DNA from: Nannocystales bacterium
Lineage (GTDB): Bacteria; Myxococcota_A; Polyangia; Nannocystales; Nannocystaceae
DNA length: 64,000 nucleotides
Direction of reading: 5' to 3'
Assembly (NCBI GenBank): GCA_050633305.1
Contig: JBOEGF010000010.1
Span: forward strand, 416,001 to 480,000
Shown here: in pieces, positions 31,519 through 40,958 of the stretch
Numbering within the stretch: the stretch's first letter is position 1
How the letters are laid out: each line of letters begins with the position of its first letter
Translations under genes and position numbers: made by a program
The notes under the pieces: model-generated
Database searches by the model: none
What the model was told of the DNA's origin: nothing
What the model saw: only the letters and a program-made list of their open reading frames with translations

Positions 31519-32493
31519 GTGCGGCACTCGAAGCTGGTGGTGGTCTTCGTGCTCGGCGTGGTCGGGTGCTTCAATCCTGAGCCGTCCGAGGTCGGCGAGA
31601 CGGACATCACGGCCTCGACGAGCGGTGGCTCGTCCGAGGGGACGCAGTCGGGATCAAGCGACCCCTCGGCTGGTGCATCGGAGTCTGGCTCCGCCGCGTG
31701 TGAGGCGTGTGTCGCGGGCCCCCCCGAGGGCTGGCTGGGCCCCCTCGTTCTTGGTGTGGGGGAGACCGCTCCAACATGTGCCGCGCCGTTCACGGCGGTT
31801 GTCTTTCAGGCGGCCGAGGACATCTCGGGCGAGGACGCATCGTGTGGTTGCGAGTGCGGTGACCCGCAGGTCGATTGCGACTCGTTACAGGTCCAGTACG
31901 GCAACGCCTGCGCTGGGCCGTTCGACATCGAGAGTCTGGGCGACCCTGACGTATGCCACAACACCACACCACAGGGTCCCTCCATCGGCGCACTGTTTGC
32001 CCCGGTCTCCGGCACGGAGGTCTGCCCGCCGTCTCTGGTCCGCACGATTCCCCAGCCAAGCCTGACCGAAGTCGTCCTGTGCGGCGGCGCGCTGTCGCAG
32101 GACACGTGCGAGTCGGACGAGTTGTGCGCGGGCTCCATCCCGGAAGGGTTCGGGGAGGCGTTGTGCGTGGCGCAGGAGGGAGAACACGAGTGCCCCGAGG
32201 GTTATCCCAACGCTCGTGCGGTGTTCGGAGACGTCGCGGACACCCGTGACTGCACCGAGTGCTCTTGTTCATCCGGTGACAACTTCGAGTGCTCGACCGA
32301 ACTCGAGTTGTTCTCGGAGGTCGACTGCCGCGGAACGCAGACGGACGGGGCGTCGGGGCCCGCGAGCTGCTTCGACACGCCAGCATCGATCCGGTTCTCC
32401 GAGCCGTCGGTGACTGGAGACTGCACGCCGTCCTCGGTCGAGGCGACCGGGACCGTGGTTGGGGACGAGCCGATCACGATCTGCTGCCAGTAG
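31519..32493 (+). CDS. Cys-rich lipoprotein
   Basis: Lipobox VVGC; short Ser stalk; many Cys (CGCEC, CTECSC, terminal CC). Confidence 0.75.
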   Translation: MRHSKLVVVFVLGVVGCFNPEPSEVGETDITASTSGGSSEGTQSGSSDPSAGASESGSAACEACVAGPPEGWLGPLVLGVGETAPTCAAPFTAVVFQAAEDISGEDASCGCECGDPQVDCDSLQVQYGNACAGPFDIESLGDPDVCHNTTPQGPSIGALFAPVSGTEVCPPSLVRTIPQPSLTEVVLCGGALSQDTCESDELCAGSIPEGFGEALCVAQEGEHECPEGYPNARAVFGDVADTRDCTECSCSSGDNFECSTELELFSEVDCRGTQTDGASGPASCFDTPASIRFSEPSVTGDCTPSSVEATGTVVGDEPITICCQ

Positions 32494-32495
32494 AC

Positions 32496-32528
32496 CAAGT
32501 CGGGCAACGTGTTGCTCAAGTCGGGCAA
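32496..32528 (+). promoter_or_regulatory. Perfect 12-bp direct repeat CAAGTCGGGCAA x2 (putative enhancer)
   Basis: Copies at 32496-32507 and 32517-32528, period 21. Confidence 0.6.
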
Positions 32529-32580
32529 TGCGTGCGCAGTGAGAAGACCGAGGCCGTTCAGATCCCAGTGGGGAGTTCGG

Positions 32581-32596
32581 TGGCATGCCGCTTGCT
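32581..32596 (+). promoter_or_regulatory. Sigma54 (-24/-12) promoter
   Basis: TGGCATGCCGCTTGCT = GG-N10-GC consensus. Confidence 0.7.
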
Positions 32597-32608
32597 CTGC
32601 TCCGCAGC

Positions 32609-33208
32609 ATGGGCACGTTTCAGTGGTTCGGCGATATCTACCCGTTCCCGCCAGGGTTCGAGGGCCTGTCGGTCGAGCACTGGTACATGCGACTTGCGCG
32701 AATCCAAGAGCGTCTCACGGAGGTTGACCGTCTCGACATCCCTGAGATGTTGGATGCGAATGGGGACGAACTGCACCCCGCCGAGGTGTTGATCATCCGC
32801 GAATTCGGCTTCCTGTCGTGGGGGCAACTGGAGGCGTTTGTGGATTGGTCCCACTACAGCTGGGCGCACCACTTGGGTGAAGACCGGGGTCACTTGAGGG
32901 CCCGAATGACCGCGATGTGCCAAGAGACGCTCGCGCGGGAGAGGGGCGCCGCCGTCTCATCAGGCTCGGCTGTCGTTGAGGATTCGGCGCCCTTCGAAGC
33001 GTTCGTGCAAGTGCAGGAGGCGGTGAACGCCGCCCAACTGCGGGGTGCGGACGGGGCCCGTGTACTCGCGGAGTTCGGATTGACGCTCACCGACTTCGGG
33101 AACCTCGGTGCATACTGGAACAACAAGATGCAGGCAGAGACGACGACGTACCACCAGCTCTACTCCGTGTACTCGACGAAGTACCGCGCCATGTACGGAG
33201 GTGCCTGA
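32609..33208 (+). CDS. Hypothetical protein, C-terminus DUF6620-like
   Basis: VLAEFGLTLTDFGNLGAYWNNKM helical motif; ATG 32609 lies downstream of the sigma54 promoter. Confidence 0.6.
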   Translation: MGTFQWFGDIYPFPPGFEGLSVEHWYMRLARIQERLTEVDRLDIPEMLDANGDELHPAEVLIIREFGFLSWGQLEAFVDWSHYSWAHHLGEDRGHLRARMTAMCQETLARERGAAVSSGSAVVEDSAPFEAFVQVQEAVNAAQLRGADGARVLAEFGLTLTDFGNLGAYWNNKMQAETTTYHQLYSVYSTKYRAMYGGA

Positions 33209-33910
33209 ATGAGTGCTGCATGGACGGCACTGGTTGGGCGTTGGGACGCTACGCGTGAGGCGATTGTGGCGCGCTTCGACGCTGTACTCTCCGAAGCGAC
33301 GGCGGTGAGCGAGCCGCTCGTCGCGGGGGTCACGACCGACGCCACCGCGCTTCAGAGAATGTGGCAGCCGGTCGAAGCGAAGATGCACGCGATGACCGGG
33401 GAAGTCTCGGATGCGTGGGATGAGATCAGCGACGAAATATCCGACGTCGACGGGGCTCCCGGCAATGGTGTGTATGCCGAGGGCATCAAGCGGGATGCGA
33501 CCAACACCGAGATCGAGATTCGGCATGGTCGGGCCCGGGCTGCGCTCTTTGCCAAAGTTGCGGTGGCGATGCACCGCCACGCCGGGACGAGCGGAGACCC
33601 GGCGGCGGTGAAGATGTTCGCGCATGGTGGTGCCGTGTTCCTTGCGGAACAGGCGGCGATCGAACATTGGGCGGGGATGAAAACCGCGGAGACGAAGATC
33701 CACGCCTACCGCAACAAGAAGGCCGTACCGATGCAGTTGCTGACGTACTACGCGCAGGTCTCCTCCAGCTACTGGCGGGTCCGCCATGGAACAGAGGCCA
33801 AGTACAACCAGGCCCTGCGGGCATCGCTGGAGACCAAGATCGAGAACTTCACCCAGGAGTCGCACAAGCTGCTGCACGAGCACCCTCAGTGGCGAGCGGC
33901 TCAGTCGTAG
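33209..33910 (+). CDS. Hypothetical all-helical protein
   Basis: TGAATG junction with the upstream gene; GGAGG RBS. Confidence 0.7.
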   Translation: MSAAWTALVGRWDATREAIVARFDAVLSEATAVSEPLVAGVTTDATALQRMWQPVEAKMHAMTGEVSDAWDEISDEISDVDGAPGNGVYAEGIKRDATNTEIEIRHGRARAALFAKVAVAMHRHAGTSGDPAAVKMFAHGGAVFLAEQAAIEHWAGMKTAETKIHAYRNKKAVPMQLLTYYAQVSSSYWRVRHGTEAKYNQALRASLETKIENFTQESHKLLHEHPQWRAAQS

Positions 33911-33972
33911 CCGCGAGAACCCTGCGCGATCTGGACCGGCGAGGCGGAACGAGGGCTGCTACGGTACGCGGC

Positions 33973-34971
33973 GTGTCGGCCGTTGCCGGGGTTGTTGTGG
34001 CCATGCTTGCCTCGTCACCGCAGGTGTCTCAGCAGGGGCATTGCGAAGACTCGAGCGTGGAGGAAGGGCTCGTTGGTCTGCTCGAGGCAAGCTCCGTCGA
34101 CGGAGCGGGCTGGAGTGTGAAGGTCGATGTTGAGGAGGCGGACGGACCCGTGTTTGTCGCCAAAATCGAGATCGAGGATCCGGAAGGAGGCCTGGCTGTC
34201 CGTAGCGTATCGAGCCCGAGCTGTGTGGTGACGATCGATGCGGTGGCGTTCATCGTCGCAACGGCGCTCGCTGAAGAAAGGCTCCCCGAAGAGTCTCCAC
34301 CGCCCCTCGAACCCGAACCTGAGTCCGAACCCGAGCTCGCGCTCGAGCCTGAACCTGAGCCCATGGTCCCGGAGCCCGTCTCGGATCCGAGCCCGGAGGA
34401 GGCCCGCGGCGAGATGCCGATGCCAGCACCGGTGGTAATACCGCCCCGCGAACCCGCGTCTGTTTCAGGTCGGGTCTTCGCTGGGGCTGGGATCATGCGT
34501 GGGGCGTTGCCTGGTGTCGTCGGTGAGTTCCGACTCGGTGGGGCGGTCGAGGGGGAGCTTTGGAGAGCGGAGCTTGGGCTGGCAGCGACGTCTCGGCATG
34601 ATGCTCGAGCCGCCGAAAACGACTCCGTGGGTGCGGACCTGGGTCACTGGGCGGTCGATGGCCGCGGGTGTGGAGTCTTCCGTCCTGCCGGTACGTTGTC
34701 CGTGCCGCTGTGCGCCGGAGCGGAGGTCGGTCAGCTCTACGCAAGTGGGTTTGGGTTCTCGGGCGCTCGAACGATCACGTTGCCCTGGGGCGCTGCGATT
34801 GCGTCACTGGGACTCGGGTTCGACATCACGCCTCGATTGCGTCTCGCCGCGCAAGCAACGGCCGGCTTGGTGCTGAATCGCGCCGAAATCATCGTCGACA
34901 ACCTGGGAACTCTCCACGTCTTGTCCACCGCGTTTGGCCGAGGCTGGCTTGGGCTAGAAGTGCGCATCTGA
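33973..34971 (+). CDS. Secreted/outer-membrane protein associated with an ECF module (Pro/Glu linker, beta-strand C-terminus)
   Basis: Signal-like N-terminus, PEPE linker, amphipathic beta strands ending GWLGLEVRI. Confidence 0.65.
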   Translation: MSAVAGVVVAMLASSPQVSQQGHCEDSSVEEGLVGLLEASSVDGAGWSVKVDVEEADGPVFVAKIEIEDPEGGLAVRSVSSPSCVVTIDAVAFIVATALAEERLPEESPPPLEPEPESEPELALEPEPEPMVPEPVSDPSPEEARGEMPMPAPVVIPPREPASVSGRVFAGAGIMRGALPGVVGEFRLGGAVEGELWRAELGLAATSRHDARAAENDSVGADLGHWAVDGRGCGVFRPAGTLSVPLCAGAEVGQLYASGFGFSGARTITLPWGAAIASLGLGFDITPRLRLAAQATAGLVLNRAEIIVDNLGTLHVLSTAFGRGWLGLEVRI

Positions 34972-35011
34972 CGCTGGTGGGAAGAGCTCGCCGCCCGGGT
35001 TTTTGGGGGAG

Positions 35012-35040
35012 GTGACGGATCCCCGGGACGGCGGGAAATG
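35012..35040 (+). promoter_or_regulatory. Putative autoregulatory ECF promoter (GTGACGGA-N13-GGGAAATG)
   Basis: Same boxes and spacing as 36335-36363. Confidence 0.6.
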
Positions 35041-35066
35041 CCAAGGTCGACGCTCCGAGTTCCAGA

Positions 35067-35618
35067 ATGCGCGATTCCTCGCCCAGGCCACTGCATGTGG
35101 TCGATTCGCGGCCACCTTCCTTTACGGAGGTGTACCGCGAGCATGCCGCGTTCGTTCGCCGGTCGCTGCGCCATATGGAGGTGCAGGCGGCCGGCCTCGA
35201 CGATGTGTTGCACGATGTTTTCCTCGTCGTTCATCGTCGGCTGGGGGACTACGACGGCCGCAGTTCGATGCGCTCGTGGTTGTATGGAGTGGCGCGGCGG
35301 GTGGCACTTCACCATCGCCGCCGCGGGTTCCGTCGAGTCCGACGGGAGCATCACGCTCCTGTCCCGGTTGGGCATGCCCAGCCCGACGATGTACTGGCGC
35401 GCCAGGAAGCCGCGCAGTGGGTCGAGGCGTTTGTCGCAACGCTACCCGTCGACCAACGGGCGGTATTCGTTTTGTCGGAGGTCGAAGGGTTGCCAGCCCC
35501 GGAGGTCGCTGCGGCGACCGGGGCGAAACTCAACACGGTCTACTCTCGGCTACGGCTTGCTCGCCGCCGGTTCGAGCGAGCGGTGGCTCAGCGGGCGGAA
35601 GGGGGAGCATTGCGATGA
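35067..35618 (+). CDS. ECF RNA polymerase sigma factor
   Basis: LDDVLHDVFLVVHRRL, RSWLYGVARR, VFVLSEVEG, NTVYSRLRLAR. Confidence 0.9.
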   Translation: MRDSSPRPLHVVDSRPPSFTEVYREHAAFVRRSLRHMEVQAAGLDDVLHDVFLVVHRRLGDYDGRSSMRSWLYGVARRVALHHRRRGFRRVRREHHAPVPVGHAQPDDVLARQEAAQWVEAFVATLPVDQRAVFVLSEVEGLPAPEVAAATGAKLNTVYSRLRLARRRFERAVAQRAEGGALR

Positions 35619-36364
35619 AAAAGCTGAGTTCTGAAGCTCGCGACCTGTTGGAGCAGTATCGCGAAGAGTCCGACGTCTGTGACCAGCCCGACGCGGCGGT
35701 GCTGGAGCGGATCGAGGCTTCGATCGAACATGGCGCAGCGGCTCCTGCAAACGCGCGTCCCCGAGCCGCTGCCTGGGTGGCATGGGGAGCCGTCGCCGCA
35801 GCATCGGTGGCGACGCTTTGGATCTGGGATGGACGGGCAGAGCTTCAGGTCGCAGCCCCGAGCCCGGTCTCCACGGCGGTCGACCGCCTCCTCGAACAGG
35901 CGGAGCAGAGCCCCCGGAGGGTGCTTGCGCCGCAACCGGGGTCCCCCGCTACTCCATCTGCCGTGCTGCCTCCAGCGATTGACTCCAACTCGCCGTCGGT
36001 TCCCGCTCCCCAACCTCGCGGCAGGAGAGCGGTCGATGAGCCCGAGGCACCAGCCAAGGACGACGAGCTCCAGCGTGAGCTCGACCTGCTACGCCAGGCC
36101 CGAGAAGCCCTACGCAAGGGTCGAACGGCGGGCGCGAAGGCATCGCTGCGTGCCCACGCGTTGTCGTACCCTCAAGGGCAGCTGGCCGAGGAGCGAGAAG
36201 CTCTTCTTGTGGTGGTGCGCTGTGCCGGGCGCGAGGCAGAGACAGGCCGGGCCGAGTTTGAACGTTCGCACCCTCGATCACATCACTTACCGTCCATTCG
36301 CCTCGCGTGCGAATCGGAGAAAACGCCCGGCGCAGTGACGGACGAGGGCGGCGGTGGGCAATGA
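35615..36364 (+). CDS. Putative anti-sigma membrane protein with C-terminal TPR-like helices
   Basis: ATGA overlap with the sigma gene; single TM; ELDLLRQAREAL...YPQGQLAEEREAL. Confidence 0.7.
   Translation: MKKLSSEARDLLEQYREESDVCDQPDAAVLERIEASIEHGAAAPANARPRAAAWVAWGAVAAASVATLWIWDGRAELQVAAPSPVSTAVDRLLEQAEQSPRRVLAPQPGSPATPSAVLPPAIDSNSPSVPAPQPRGRRAVDEPEAPAKDDELQRELDLLRQAREALRKGRTAGAKASLRAHALSYPQGQLAEEREALLVVVRCAGREAETGRAEFERSHPRSHHLPSIRLACESEKTPGAVTDEGGGGQ
36335..36363 (+). promoter_or_regulatory. Putative ECF promoter (GTGACGGA-N13-GGGCAATG)
   Basis: Matches 35012-35040. Confidence 0.6.
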
Positions 36365-36369
36365 ACGGC

Positions 36370-37308
36370 ATGATTATCGAAACACAGCGACGCTTGGGTG
36401 TTTGCGCGGCACTTCTCCTGTGCGCTGCGAGCTGCGACAAGGGCTCCGTCGGGGAGTTCGGCGAGACCGAGGGCGAGGCCGGGAGCGATAGCCAGGGGAC
36501 GACGGCCGGGGTGTCCGAGGGGGCTTCGGCGGGCTCGATGTCGGACGGCATGACGACGATCGAAGCGAGCACGACAACCCCGACCGAATCGACGGGCGAG
36601 GGGTCCTCGGACTCGGGCATCCGGCTCGACATCGGCGAAGAGGGCTTCTGCGAGAATCCGCAGCACGGCTGTCAGGGACCCGCCGACTGCGGTGACAATT
36701 GCGGCGCGTTGGACTCCATGTTCGACGAAAACGGCTGCGTCCGTGTTGCGTGCGGGGCAAACGATCCATGTAGCGACGGTGAGTTTTGCTACCGGCCAAG
36801 CGACTACGGCGGGTGTCAGAGCTCGGACCTCAGTTGCACCGAGTTTGACGGGGCGTGCAGTTGCGGACTCGATCCCGACTGCGGCGGGGCGTACTGCGTC
36901 CCGGAGTCGGCCGTCTTTGGTGGAATCGTCGAGGGCCCGACGGTAGGCCTGGTGTCGAGCGACTGCGGCCCCGATGATGGACCGGCGTTCTCGATCTCCG
37001 TGGGGCCATACATCTCCGACGCGTGCGGTGGCGCCTTCGATCCGGGGCCACTCCTGACGATCTTCGTCGCCCAGGAGTTCGGGACGCTCGGGACCACGAC
37101 CAGCGGAGATGGGCTGCTAGCGTCCGCCCGGTTCTCCACCGATGGAACCCCAGAGAACACGCAGGACGCCCAATGGGTCGTTCTACACCTGACCGAGTGG
37201 GAGGGGACGGTCTCTGGAGACTACGAAGTGTTGTTGGAGGATGAGACCCTGGTCGTTGGGACGTTTCTGTCCGTGGTCTCCTGTCCTACGGACATCGTTT
37301 GCGGTTGA
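36370..37308 (+). CDS. Cys-rich lipoprotein with Ser/Thr stalk (start 36361 or 36370)
   Basis: Lipobox CAASC; stalk; Cys-rich domain. Confidence 0.7.
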   Translation: MIIETQRRLGVCAALLLCAASCDKGSVGEFGETEGEAGSDSQGTTAGVSEGASAGSMSDGMTTIEASTTTPTESTGEGSSDSGIRLDIGEEGFCENPQHGCQGPADCGDNCGALDSMFDENGCVRVACGANDPCSDGEFCYRPSDYGGCQSSDLSCTEFDGACSCGLDPDCGGAYCVPESAVFGGIVEGPTVGLVSSDCGPDDGPAFSISVGPYISDACGGAFDPGPLLTIFVAQEFGTLGTTTSGDGLLASARFSTDGTPENTQDAQWVVLHLTEWEGTVSGDYEVLLEDETLVVGTFLSVVSCPTDIVCG

Positions 37309-37359
37309 CGTGGCGGGCCCCTGGCGCTCCTGCTCTCGTTGGGGCAGGCTTGGCGCGCC

Positions 37360-38697
37360 ATGGCGAAAAAGGTCAGCACCAAGCCCCCTAGCGGGATGCG
37401 CGACTTCTTGCCCTCGGACCTGGTGCGGCGCAACCACGTGGTCTCTGTGGTGCGTGGTGTCTACGAGCGGTACGGCTTCGTTCCCCTCGAGACGCCCTCG
37501 ATTGAGAATCTCGAGATCCTCACCGGCAAGTACGGTGAGGACGAGAAGCTCATCTACCGCCTTCTGCATCGTGGTGACTCGCTGAAGAAGGTGTTGGACT
37601 CCGACGAGGCGGTGACTTCGGCTCGGTTGAGCGACCAAGCGCTTCGCTACGACCTCACCGTTCCGCTGGCGCGGGTGGTCGCGCAGTACGGGGACCTGCC
37701 CAAGTACTTCAAGCGCTACCAGATCCAGCCCGTGTGGCGTGCGGATCGGCCAGGCAAGGGACGATTTCGCGAGTTCTACCAGTGCGACGTGGACATCACG
37801 GGCACGACATCCAACGTCGCAGAGTGTGAGGTCTTGGCCGCGGGGTGTGAGGTTCTCTCTACGCTGGGCTTCGAGGCGTTCGAATTCCACATCAACCACC
37901 GCGGACTCCTGCGGGCGCTGATCCGTACCGCGGGGATCGACATGTCCCAAGAAGGCACGGCCCTTCAGGCCGTCGACAAGCTCGACAAAATCGGCCGGGA
38001 TGGGGTCCTGGATGAACTCGATGCCCGAGGGGTCGGTCGTTCGGCCGGCGCGACGTTGCTGGATCTGATCGCAGACGATGTCACGATCGAGAGCCTGAAG
38101 TCGTCGATCTCCGACGACGAGGGACACAAGGCGCTGGCCGAGCTGGAGGAGTTGCTCGCCCTGCTCGAGCACACCCCGGCTGCCGGCAAGGCTCGCTTCT
38201 CCCCGCAGCTCGCTCGGGGACTGGGCTACTACACCGGTCCGATCTTCGAGGCTCGTGTGACCGACCTGGGAAGCTCGATCGCTGGGGGAGGCCGCTACGA
38301 CGAACTCGTCGGCATGTTCGGCAAGCAGACCGTGCCGGCTGTCGGTTTGTCGCTGGGCCTCGAGCGCATCCTGGTCGTGATGGCGGAACGCGGCATGTTC
38401 CCGGAGCTCGCACAGGGGCCCGACGTCATGGTGTGCTGGAGGGACGTGGAGCGGGCTGCGGTCCTGAAGGTTGCGCACGCACTGCGGGGGCAAGGGCTCC
38501 GCGTCGAGGTCTTCCCTGAGCCGACGAAGCTGGGCAAGCAGATCCAGTACGCCGATGCGCCGGGTGTTGGCGCCCAATGGGTGGCGGTGTTGGGCGAGCG
38601 GGAAATCGCGGGCGGCACCGTCTCGTTGAAGCACCTGGAGAGCGGAGCGAAGTCCGACGTCCCGGTTGCTGATGCAGCAGCGGTCGTACGCGGCTGA
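37360..38697 (+). CDS. hisS: Histidine--tRNA ligase
   Basis: GMRDFLP, LRYDLTVPLAR, RFREFYQCDVD, LARGLGYYTG, GGGRYD, SLGLER. Confidence 0.97.
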   Translation: MAKKVSTKPPSGMRDFLPSDLVRRNHVVSVVRGVYERYGFVPLETPSIENLEILTGKYGEDEKLIYRLLHRGDSLKKVLDSDEAVTSARLSDQALRYDLTVPLARVVAQYGDLPKYFKRYQIQPVWRADRPGKGRFREFYQCDVDITGTTSNVAECEVLAAGCEVLSTLGFEAFEFHINHRGLLRALIRTAGIDMSQEGTALQAVDKLDKIGRDGVLDELDARGVGRSAGATLLDLIADDVTIESLKSSISDDEGHKALAELEELLALLEHTPAAGKARFSPQLARGLGYYTGPIFEARVTDLGSSIAGGGRYDELVGMFGKQTVPAVGLSLGLERILVVMAERGMFPELAQGPDVMVCWRDVERAAVLKVAHALRGQGLRVEVFPEPTKLGKQIQYADAPGVGAQWVAVLGEREIAGGTVSLKHLESGAKSDVPVADAAAVVRG

Positions 38698-38779
38698 GTC
38701 GAACGCGCGGCCCCCGGCGTGTCACGTGCGTCATGTGCGTCACAGCGTCAAGCCCGCGTCCGTGGTACGCCAAGCCTCG

Positions 38780-40189
38780 GTGACAGACACGAGCCTCGCA
38801 GGACGCATTCTCGTTGTCGATGACGAGCGCAACATTCGGCGCACGCTTCGCATGGTGCTTGAAGGCGAGGGCGCGACCGTCCTCGAAGCGGCCACTGGGG
38901 AGGAGGCCTTGGCTGCGCTCGAGGGCGCGGAGCCGATCGAAGTCGTCATCACCGACGTGATGATGCCGGGAATCTCTGGTCTCGAACTCCTCGAGAAGCT
39001 CGCGGGCGCCGCTGGGGGCACGCCAGAGGTTCCGGTCATCCTGATCTCCGGGCATGCCACAGTCGACGATGCGGTCAAGGCAACGCGGCTGGGCGCCTTC
39101 GACTTCTTCGAGAAACCACTGGCTCGCGACCGCGTGATCGTCAGTGTCCGCAACGCGCTGCGGCAGTTCGCCAGCGATGCGCAAACCCGGAAACTGCGTG
39201 GGCGCATTCGGGGCGAGATCATCGGGGAATCCAAACCCGTCGCATCGATGCTGGCGCAGATCGCCAAGGTCGGAAGCACGAAGGCGCGGGTCCTGGTCAC
39301 TGGGGAGAGCGGAAGCGGCAAGGAACTCGTCGCTCGTGCGATTCACGAGGCGAGTGACCGACGTGACGCCGAGTTCGTGAAGGTCAACTGCGCGGCGATC
39401 CCCCGGGAGCTGATCGAGAGTGAACTCTTTGGCCACGAGCGCGGGGCGTTCACGGGCGCGACCGCGCAGAAGAAAGGCCTTTTTGAAGTCGCCAGCAGCG
39501 GCACGATCTTCCTCGACGAGATCGGCGACATGTCGCTGGGCGCCCAAGCCAAGGTGCTTCGCGTCCTGCAAAGTGGCGAACTCATGCGGGTGGGCGGCAA
39601 CAAGCTCATCGAGGTCGACGTGCGGGTGCTTGCGGCGACCCACCGGAACCTGCAGGAGCAAGTGCAGGCTGGGGAGTTTCGCGAGGACCTGTTCTTCCGT
39701 CTCAACGTCGTGCCGATCCGCGTTCCACCGCTGCGAGACCGCGTCGAGGACATCCCGCTGCTGGCTCTGCACTTCATCGATGTCGCCGCGGCCGACAACG
39801 GAGTCGCACCCAAGCGTCTGTCCCCTGAAGCCCTGGTCGCGCTCCGCGGTCACGACTGGCCGGGCAACATTCGGGAGCTTCGAAACGTCATCGAGCGGAT
39901 GGTCATCCTGTCGGACGGGGACATCGAGTTGGAGGACGTCCCCGATGAGGTCCGTGGTTCGTCGGAAGAGGCCGCACCGGACGAGGAATCGCTGGTGGAG
40001 CTCAACGCCGCCGCGGTCCCCGACGGCATGACGCTCCGGGAGTTCAGAGAGGCGGTTGAGCGCGCCTTCATCCGCAAGCGTCTGATCGAGCAGGACTGGA
40101 ACGTCTCTCGCACCGCGACCTCGCTGGGCGTCGAGCGCACCCATCTCCACAAAAAAATGAAACTGCTGGGGATCCAGCGCGGGAGCTGA
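38780..40189 (+). CDS. Sigma54-dependent response regulator (NtrC/NtrX family)
   Basis: Receiver domain; GESGSGKE, ELFGHERGAFTGA, FREDLFFRLNV, WPGNIREL; Fis-type HTH. Confidence 0.95.
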   Translation: MTDTSLAGRILVVDDERNIRRTLRMVLEGEGATVLEAATGEEALAALEGAEPIEVVITDVMMPGISGLELLEKLAGAAGGTPEVPVILISGHATVDDAVKATRLGAFDFFEKPLARDRVIVSVRNALRQFASDAQTRKLRGRIRGEIIGESKPVASMLAQIAKVGSTKARVLVTGESGSGKELVARAIHEASDRRDAEFVKVNCAAIPRELIESELFGHERGAFTGATAQKKGLFEVASSGTIFLDEIGDMSLGAQAKVLRVLQSGELMRVGGNKLIEVDVRVLAATHRNLQEQVQAGEFREDLFFRLNVVPIRVPPLRDRVEDIPLLALHFIDVAAADNGVAPKRLSPEALVALRGHDWPGNIRELRNVIERMVILSDGDIELEDVPDEVRGSSEEAAPDEESLVELNAAAVPDGMTLREFREAVERAFIRKRLIEQDWNVSRTATSLGVERTHLHKKMKLLGIQRGS

Positions 40190-40224
40190 ATCCCCAACAG
40201 TTTGGGAAAACCGATTCGGTCTTT

Positions 40225-40707
40225 TTAGCGGTTGCGCTCGGTCGCTTGCCGGACGACGAGATTACGACCCGAGAAGTCCTGCCCGTCGAGCTGCTTGATC
40301 GCCTGGTCGGCATCCTTGCGGTTGGCCATCGTGACGAAGCCGAAGCCGCGGGAGTCTCCCGTGTCGCGATCCTTGACGATGTGAACGTCGGTGACCGGCC
40401 CGTACTCTTCGAGCTTCTTCTGAAGCTCGGCGTCGTTGACTCGCCAGTCGAGACCACCGATGAAAAGTCGGCTAGGAATCGTTGCGCGGCGCTGATCTTG
40501 TCCGCCCTCTTCGTCGCCACCCTCGAGGTTCTTCATGACCTGATCGATGGTCATCATCCCTCCTTGGATTTCGTCGACGGTCGCCACGGGCACTGTGCTG
40601 GCGCCACCGCGGCTGCGCTCGCGCGCGCGCTCCATCTTTTCTTTCTTTTTCTTGGCGCGCTCTTTTTCGCGTTGTCGCTTGCCCGCGGAGTAGTTGCTTC
40701 TTGCCAT
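40225..40707 (-). CDS. RRM RNA-binding protein with basic N-terminal extension
   Basis: RNP2 LFIGGL; RNP1 RGFGFVTM. Confidence 0.9.
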   Translation of the reverse strand: MARSNYSAGKRQREKERAKKKKEKMERARERSRGGASTVPVATVDEIQGGMMTIDQVMKNLEGGDEEGGQDQRRATIPSRLFIGGLDWRVNDAELQKKLEEYGPVTDVHIVKDRDTGDSRGFGFVTMANRKDADQAIKQLDGQDFSGRNLVVRQATERNR

Positions 40708-40958
40708 GCGTTTCCTGGAGACTTCTTGAGCGGTCGTTGGGCCGTTTCGAGGCCCCCGCGCTCCCCACGACGTAGCGCGCGGTCGTTCTCCTTGTCAATC
40801 GCACACGTAGCGGGCCCGGTGGAGACCTGTTTTGCTGGGGGATCGGAGGCCAAACCGGTGAAAGAACCCCGTTTTCAGCATTTCCCGCCGATGGCGAATT
40901 CGCGGGGTATCCTGTGTGCGGCGCTTGGCGCCGTGAGAGATAGGAAGAGAACGAGACG

